Below, in pieces: positions 60,034-64,000 of a stretch of DNA of 64,000 nucleotides. Origin of the DNA: a virus (Duplodnaviria > Caudoviricetes); IMG/VR virus record IMGVR_UViG_2576861453_000002; one strand, 5' to 3'. The notes under the pieces are model-generated. The model was not told the DNA's origin. It saw only the letters and a list, made by a program, of their open reading frames with translations, and did no database searches. Within the stretch, counting starts at the first letter, position 1. Each line of letters begins with the position of its first letter. A program made the position numbers and the translations under genes.

Positions 60034-60702
60034 ATGAAAATGAAATGGACTGACTTAGCCAAAGACAAGATGAGGGAATTAGGCATCTCACAAGAGAAGC
60101 TTGGGGAACTCATTGGCAAAACCCAGGGCGCCGTCGGGCACTGGCTGAATGGCCGACGCGAGCCAAGCATTGATGACATCGCCCAAATCATGAAGGCGCT
60201 TAAGATGCCAGAAATGGTACTTTTGTCGGATGGCTACGTGAGGTCTATAGGCGACGAGGAAGGCGACAACGTTTCTTACGTAGGGCCTTTTACGCCTACA
60301 AAAAAACTCCCCTTAATCAGTTGGGTTAGCGCCGGGCAGTGGAGTGAGGCGCTGGAGCCGTACAAGATCGATGACATTGAAGAGTGGCCTGAAACAACCG
60401 TGCATTGTAGTGATGGTTCGTTTTGGCTGAAGGTGCGTGGGGACTCGATGACGTCGCCAACAGGATTGAGTATCCCGGAGGGAATGATCATCCTGATTGA
60501 CCCGGAGGTTGAACCTAGCAACGGTAAACTTGTTGTGGCTAAACTTGAAAACGAGAACGAAGCCACCTTTAAACGTTACGTCACCGACGCCGGGCAAAAA
60601 TATCTGAAACCATTAAACCCGCAGTACGCGATGATTCAGATTAACGGCAATTGCACCATTATCGGTGTGGTAGTCGATGCCAAAGTTGACAACCTTCCGT
60701 AG
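60034..60702 (+). CDS. cI: CI repressor (HTH plus S24 peptidase), probably leaderless
   Basis: HTH, VSAG cleavage site, GDSM, TFKR. Confidence 0.95.
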   Translation: MKMKWTDLAKDKMRELGISQEKLGELIGKTQGAVGHWLNGRREPSIDDIAQIMKALKMPEMVLLSDGYVRSIGDEEGDNVSYVGPFTPTKKLPLISWVSAGQWSEALEPYKIDDIEEWPETTVHCSDGSFWLKVRGDSMTSPTGLSIPEGMIILIDPEVEPSNGKLVVAKLENENEATFKRYVTDAGQKYLKPLNPQYAMIQINGNCTIIGVVVDAKVDNLP

Positions 60703-61035
60703 AGATAGCCCCGCCCGTGTGTTCTGGTACTCAGTGTTGGTTTGATGCTTTCCTAGCAGTCTATGTGTGCCTATCCAAGGGAGCATAATTACTCTTAATC
60801 TAAGCCATGCACATGCATGCACGTGAGATAGGCTCAGTGGCCGGAGGAGACCTTCAACTGAGGGGGGCGAGGTAACATCTTGAACTGATTAATCTTATAG
60901 TTCTGCAATATCGCCTCACATGTGTTATGATTGTAATCAATAAAATCGCTGTATTTTTAACCAGTACATTTCTGAAAATCTTGTGTTTTTAGAATCGGAT
61001 TGATTGTCTAAAGTTAACCTCAAAGGAGGCGCATC

Positions 61036-61659
61036 ATGGCTTACTCCGCTATCGCAGTAGCTAATGCCTTCATTGACAAGGCAAATCAAGAAGGAATTTC
61101 TGACCTTTCACAAATGAAGTTGCAGAAACTGGTTTTCTTCGCACAATCATGGTCTTTAAGACTTTATGAAAAACCGATTACAGAAGATTTCTTTGCGAAA
61201 TGGACCTTTGGACCAGTGATACCCTCACTCTACCACGCAACAAAACAATATGGCAGCGAGCATATTTCATCATTGATAAGTACACTAGAGTTCTCGAGTG
61301 GGGGCATGCCTGAGACAGTAACCCCTACCATTCCTGATCCAACCGCAGAATTAATATGCTTGATTGACAATATATTAAAGGTTTACGGTCATATGACTGC
61401 GGCGGCTCTTTCCAGGCTTACCCATTTACCTGGATCTGCATGGTCTCGAGCTGGCGAAGAAGAAGCTGTACTTGATAATCAATTACTTAAAGAATGCATT
61501 GTCATTGAAGAGGGAAGATTCATGTCCTGTGCAGAATTTCCCTACAACTATGATTTATCTAGGATAGAAAAAGCACTATCAGATGACTTTATAACTGTTC
61601 CAGAGGGATTGGAAACGCTTGATGACTTCACTACTTGGCTTCGCGAGGCTGTCAAGTAA
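61036..61659 (+). CDS. Panacea (DUF4065/SocA-like) antitoxin
   Basis: VAN.FI, MKLQKLVFFAQ, W.FGPV.PSLY, YG..A..LS.LTH...W. Confidence 0.9.
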   Translation: MAYSAIAVANAFIDKANQEGISDLSQMKLQKLVFFAQSWSLRLYEKPITEDFFAKWTFGPVIPSLYHATKQYGSEHISSLISTLEFSSGGMPETVTPTIPDPTAELICLIDNILKVYGHMTAAALSRLTHLPGSAWSRAGEEEAVLDNQLLKECIVIEEGRFMSCAEFPYNYDLSRIEKALSDDFITVPEGLETLDDFTTWLREAVK

Positions 61660-62036
61660 TGAAGGTTGAGATTGGTAAGCTTTTTGGAAGGGAATTGCTC
61701 AATTTCCCTCCCAGCGATCAGCTTAAGATCAAGAACTTTATCAAACATGTACAAGCTCATGGTTTAAATAACCTTGAGGGAAGGAACAAAAATTCTGACA
61801 ACGTTCCTACTGATGACAAAGATTTTGTCAAAAAAGTTAAATTAGCTCAAGCACACCGCTTATGGCATTACCACATTGGTATAGTCGATTATGATATGAC
61901 AAAGTCTTTTGGTGATAGAACTTCTGAATATGTTCTTCACTATAAAAATGAGCTAAGTCCAGGTGAGTTGCGGATTATTGATTTCTCAACTCATCCACCA
62001 TTCAGGCCCCCTACCCCCCCATACTTAGAAGAATAA
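61659..62036 (+). CDS. Putative toxin partner (RelE/YafO-like RNase candidate)
   Basis: TAATG-coupled to Panacea; GRNK.S, LWHYHIG, TSEYVLHY, HPPF. Confidence 0.6.
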   Translation: MKVEIGKLFGRELLNFPPSDQLKIKNFIKHVQAHGLNNLEGRNKNSDNVPTDDKDFVKKVKLAQAHRLWHYHIGIVDYDMTKSFGDRTSEYVLHYKNELSPGELRIIDFSTHPPFRPPTPPYLEE

Positions 62037-62308
62037 CCCGGCCCCGCACCGGGTTTTTTTATGCCTGTCATCCTGCCGTAACCTCTATTGATAAAAATAT
62101 GGAGATCCGCTACTGTACTGATGTCTAGGCAGTACGGTTGCGGGTGTCCTAAATTCCCCAATCTGAGCCCGCGCTCGCGGGCTTTTTTATGCACTCGGTG
62201 CGCGATTTAGCACACCGAACCGGCATCCCTACTCCGCTATGATGCCCACCTAACTACAAGAGAATCACGATCCCTCTGCCCGCGTCGTCCATGCCGCGGG
62301 CTTTTTTG
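62036..62308 (+). terminator. Three tandem intrinsic terminators
   Basis: GC hairpins plus U-runs at ~62036, ~62167 and ~62278. Confidence 0.8.
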
Positions 62309-62407
62309 TGCCTGAAATCCGCCAATCCCCTCCCCGGTCGGTCGGTCGGTCTGTCAAAAACTTTAAACCCTCACTATTCAAATACATATCGTTTTATAAT
62401 CATCTTT

Positions 62408-62449
62408 AGTACGAATTGTATTGACTGCATTTAGTACATTTTGTATTGT
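62408..62449 (+). promoter_or_regulatory. OL operators and pL
   Basis: AGTAC-N5-GTATT at 62408 and 62433; TTGACT-17-TATTGT. Confidence 0.88.
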
Positions 62450-62751
62450 TTACCCATCGGCAGGGAACACGCCGCCACGGAGCACCACCCGGCAGGACGC
62501 CGACAGGAGCAGCAAGCACATTCCCGTATGTGGAGACAGTCGGTAAGAATTACCGGCATAAACGGAGATAGTCTGACGGTGGACAATAAACGTAGCCGGG
62601 CTTGAAGCGAGGGTGGAACCCTTCCGACGAACAGGGCGGAGTGACCAGGACACGGAATGTCCGATTGCGGTCATCAAATCAAGCACAAGAAAATTTATAC
62701 AGCATCCTGATTTTAGGATGCTGAATTAAATCTTCTTACCTGGAGGTTCAG

Positions 62752-63000
62752 ATGAAAAACGAAATAGCTTGCCCGGTGTGTGGACGGATGTTCAGCCCGA
62801 AGACACCGTATACGCACATCCAGCAGCACCACAAGGGCGCGAAGGATTCCGAGCTGGCAAAGATACGGGATGCTCGCCGCAAATGCTTTGACGAAGTTCC
62901 AGAGCGTAAGAAGGGGGATCGGCGCTGTCTCCCGGAAGTAGCGCTCTACAGAGCGGGTTATCGAAGCGTACGCGAAGAAGCGACGCATATTGTGAAGTGA
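62752..63000 (+). CDS. N-slot protein: C2H2 zinc finger plus N-family C-terminal motif
   Basis: First pL gene after an RNase III-like stem; CPVC-X11-H-X3-HH and CLPEVALYRAGYR. Confidence 0.75.
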   Translation: MKNEIACPVCGRMFSPKTPYTHIQQHHKGAKDSELAKIRDARRKCFDEVPERKKGDRRCLPEVALYRAGYRSVREEATHIVK

Positions 63001-63007
63001 GCGAAAC

Positions 63008-63499
63008 ATGAGCAAACGGCTTGAGATTTTGAAAGCCTCTCTCGCGAAGAAAGAGGCGCGATTTGATGAGCGATTGCAGAACCACTTTGACACTGTAGCC
63101 CAGGCAAATGGACAGCCACTTAATGACAAGCGCAATGGACGCGCAACGCTGCAAAAGTGGAATGAGCAGGGCGATGGCCTGAGGACGCTACAGGACAGTA
63201 TAAAGCGCACAACGGATGCTATCGATCGCGAAGAAACCATGATTGCCAAGGTCGGCATGGTTGACCTGCCGGCCTACCTTCAGCAAGCGATTGTCGATGG
63301 ACTGATAACTCAATGGCGCAAGTTCCCCCGATTCTTTTTTGTGACAGGCGTGAAGCATGGCCGCATTGTTTTAGACAATAAAACCGGGGCCATTGCTCAT
63401 CGATATCTGAGCAAGGTCACAAAAGATGAATATCCAACCTTTCGAGATGTATTTAACAAGCTGAACCAGCAATGCCGGGAATCATCAAAGGCTGCTTAG
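63008..63499 (+). CDS. Hypothetical early protein
   Basis: 163-aa ORF in the pL operon. Confidence 0.75.
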   Translation: MSKRLEILKASLAKKEARFDERLQNHFDTVAQANGQPLNDKRNGRATLQKWNEQGDGLRTLQDSIKRTTDAIDREETMIAKVGMVDLPAYLQQAIVDGLITQWRKFPRFFFVTGVKHGRIVLDNKTGAIAHRYLSKVTKDEYPTFRDVFNKLNQQCRESSKAA

Positions 63500-63535
63500 C
63501 GGCCTTTTTTATTGGCTAAATTCAGGATTAACAAT

Positions 63536-63919
63536 ATGAACACAGCAGACCTGAAAAAGATTTTAGATGATCACAAAGTATGGGTAGAAAGCTTATATCT
63601 GTCAGGATCAAGAGCGAACCTGTGCGGTGCCAACCTGTGCGATGCAAACCTGTGCGGTGCCGACCTGCCAGAAAAAACCTTCGTAAGGATGGGTGGGGCT
63701 TATCCAGTGTTCATAACAAACGGTGAATACGTCCGGGCAGGATGCCAGAACCACACTGTCGATAAATGGCGCAGGTTCACCAAAAAGGACATTGCCGATA
63801 TGGATGGACGTAAAGCGCTGCGTTTCTATCCGATACTGCTGGATATTATTGATTTTCATCTCGGCAAAGGCGATCGGCCGGAATGGCTTAGCGAGCCTGA
63901 TTCGGAAGAGGCTGCCTAA
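63536..63919 (+). CDS. Pentapeptide-repeat protein
   Basis: ANLCG-ANLCD-ANLCG-ADL; GCQNH..W. Confidence 0.85.
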   Translation: MNTADLKKILDDHKVWVESLYLSGSRANLCGANLCDANLCGADLPEKTFVRMGGAYPVFITNGEYVRAGCQNHTVDKWRRFTKKDIADMDGRKALRFYPILLDIIDFHLGKGDRPEWLSEPDSEEAA

Positions 63920-64000
63920 CCCACAGCTTTTTTATTACCTGTTAACCCATCGTGGACGCAGCAAAACTTATAGAGGTGAGTATGGGCAATCTAGGTTATT

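Larger units (their letters stand above)
15098..64000. mobile_element. Lambdoid siphoviral prophage, largely intact, continuing beyond the window
   Basis: Complete tail, head, lysis, Q/nin, replication and immunity modules in lambdoid order. Confidence 0.95.

Noticed and set aside
62335-62350. (CGGT)4 microsatellite
   Set aside because: Too short and outside promoter or coding elements.

Overview
Enterobacterial chromosome; a Sodalis/Pectobacteriaceae-like host is a guess from the PAS-LuxR expansion. From ~15.1 kb to the window end lies a largely intact lambdoid siphoviral prophage. Its left end is an att core matching the 3' end of the SdsR/RyeB sRNA. The minus strand carries tail, head, terminase, lysis, Q/nin, replication, cII and cro; the plus strand carries cI, a Panacea toxin-antitoxin pair and the start of the pL operon. 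The right end and integrase lie outside the window. Bases 1-15.1 kb are a graveyard of older, deletion-collapsed prophages bounded by tRNA-Arg(UCU) 3'-half att scars. Five VqmA-like PAS-LuxR regulators (four in the graveyard, one in the intact prophage) remain intact and share an upstream motif. Strongest candidate novel systems: (1) a virion glycosylation module, with glycosyltransferases directly behind a major capsid protein, where capsid and tail tube both end in Gly-Ser; (2) a C2H2 zinc-finger protein in the N antiterminator slot, with covarying AGGAC-loop hairpins at the nutL and nutR positions; (3) a PAS-LuxR sensor array built by serial prophage capture. All family calls are from motif recognition by eye; no searches were run.
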